From an uncultured Thermoleophilia bacterium (lineage in GTDB: Bacteria; Actinomycetota; Thermoleophilia; UBA2241): 64,000 nt of DNA. Below the pieces are notes generated by a model. That model made no database searches and was not told where the DNA came from. It worked only from the letters and a program-made list of their open reading frames with translations. A program made the translations under genes and the position numbers. Below, piece by piece: positions 63,184 to 64,000 of the stretch (within the stretch, counting starts at the first letter, position 1; each line of letters begins with the position of its first letter). The DNA lies in assembly GCA_963715985.1 (NCBI GenBank), contig CAVQSP010000013.1:128001-192000 (forward strand). Reading direction: 5' to 3'.

Positions 63184-64000
63184 ATGTCCAAGCGCACTGC
63201 GTGGACCCTGGCGCCGTCGCCGTCGCCGTCTTCGTGGCTGCGGCCGCCCTGGCCGCAAGCGGTCTGGCGGCGTCCCCGTCGGGCTCGGGCTCGCGCTCGC
63301 CGGCGGCCGCGGCCGTCAAGACCATCAGCTACTCACGGGTGGTGGAGCTCAGCCAGCCCATCTCCACCAGGATCCCCCTGTGGCCGGGCGACCCCAAGGT
63401 CGTCGTCAAGACCGTCGCGACGATGAAGAAGGACGGCTACTTCCTGAGGAAGTTCACCATCGGCGAGCACAGCGCCACGCACATGAACGCGGCCAACAGC
63501 TTCATCGAGGGCGACAGGACGGCGATCACCGACTACCCGGCGGAGCAGCGTGTGGTGCCGGCAGCGGTGATCGACGTCAGCGCCAAGTGCGCCGCGAACG
63601 CCGACTACCAGCTCACGCAGCAGGACGTGCTGGACTGGGAGGCGCAGCACGGGCGCATCGACGCGGGCACCTTCGTCATCATGCTGACCGGCTGGGAGGA
63701 CAAGTGGGGCAGCCCCAAGGCGTTCATCAACCAGGACGCCAAGGGGAACCTGCACTTCCCGGGCTTCGCCGGCGCCACCTCGGCGTGGCTGCTCAGCGAC
63801 CGCCACGTCGCGGGCGTGGGCATCGACACGCACGGTGTCGACCCTGGTCTGGACACGACCTACGCGACCAACACGGCCATGGCCGAGGCGCACAAGCTCG
63901 TGCTGGAGTGCATGGGGCACCTCGACCAGCTGCCGGCCACGGGCGCGACGCTGGTGCTGGCTCCGCTTCAGCTGAGGGGAGGGTCGGGCTCGCCGCTGAG
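63184..64000 (+). CDS. Cyclase (kynurenine formamidase-like) family protein with signal peptide; frameshift near 63210; runs off the window
   Basis: ELSQPI...PLWPGDP, GEHSATHMNA, LHFPGF, GVGIDTHGVD, GGSGSP. Confidence 0.85.

Noticed and set aside
1-64000. CRISPR arrays, rRNA, intact IS/prophage, defence systems, selenoprotein UGA read-through, programmed frameshifting
   Set aside because: No spaced repeat arrays or hallmark genes seen; the TGA stops I checked are not followed by continued homology; frameshift sites show no shared slippery motif that I could see.

Overview
Chromosomal window from a very high-GC bacterium. Gene content and promoter style suggest Actinomycetota, most likely Thermoleophilia-like (inference). 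More than 20 genes, including normally essential yidC, are split by small frameshifts, which points to long-read or MAG indel errors rather than real pseudogenes; I therefore report reconstructed genes. Contents in order: a divergent gcvPA/gcvPB pair with an ATP-NAD kinase; a PAS protein; a saccharopine-dehydrogenase-like enzyme; an orphan family-5 SBP; a large GAF/PAS diguanylate cyclase; tRNA-Sec (selC) followed by a decayed tyrosine integrase; housekeeping genes (GreA-like, ferritin, GNATs, ychF, rlmN, galT, nfo); an HTH-GAF-HD-GYP-Cache-like-GGDEF hybrid; rpmH-rnpA-yidD-yidC-jag without the usual dnaA/oriC or parAB neighbours; an AsnB-CofE-like fusion; two ABC-2 exporters; and a TetR-controlled catabolic locus (M20 deacylase, hydantoinase/oxoprolinase A+B, second saccharopine-dehydrogenase-like enzyme, double TetR, Liv-type ABC importer, secreted cyclase). 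Best leads: (1) the AsnB-CofE-like ligase fusion; (2) four sigma28/WhiG-like promoters in front of two c-di-GMP enzymes, a MshEN-like DUF4388 protein and a lipoprotein; (3) the lactam/hydantoin catabolic locus; (4) the non-canonical glycine-cleavage P protein. No CRISPR array, rRNA or intact mobile element was seen. All calls come from reading motifs by eye; no database search was run.
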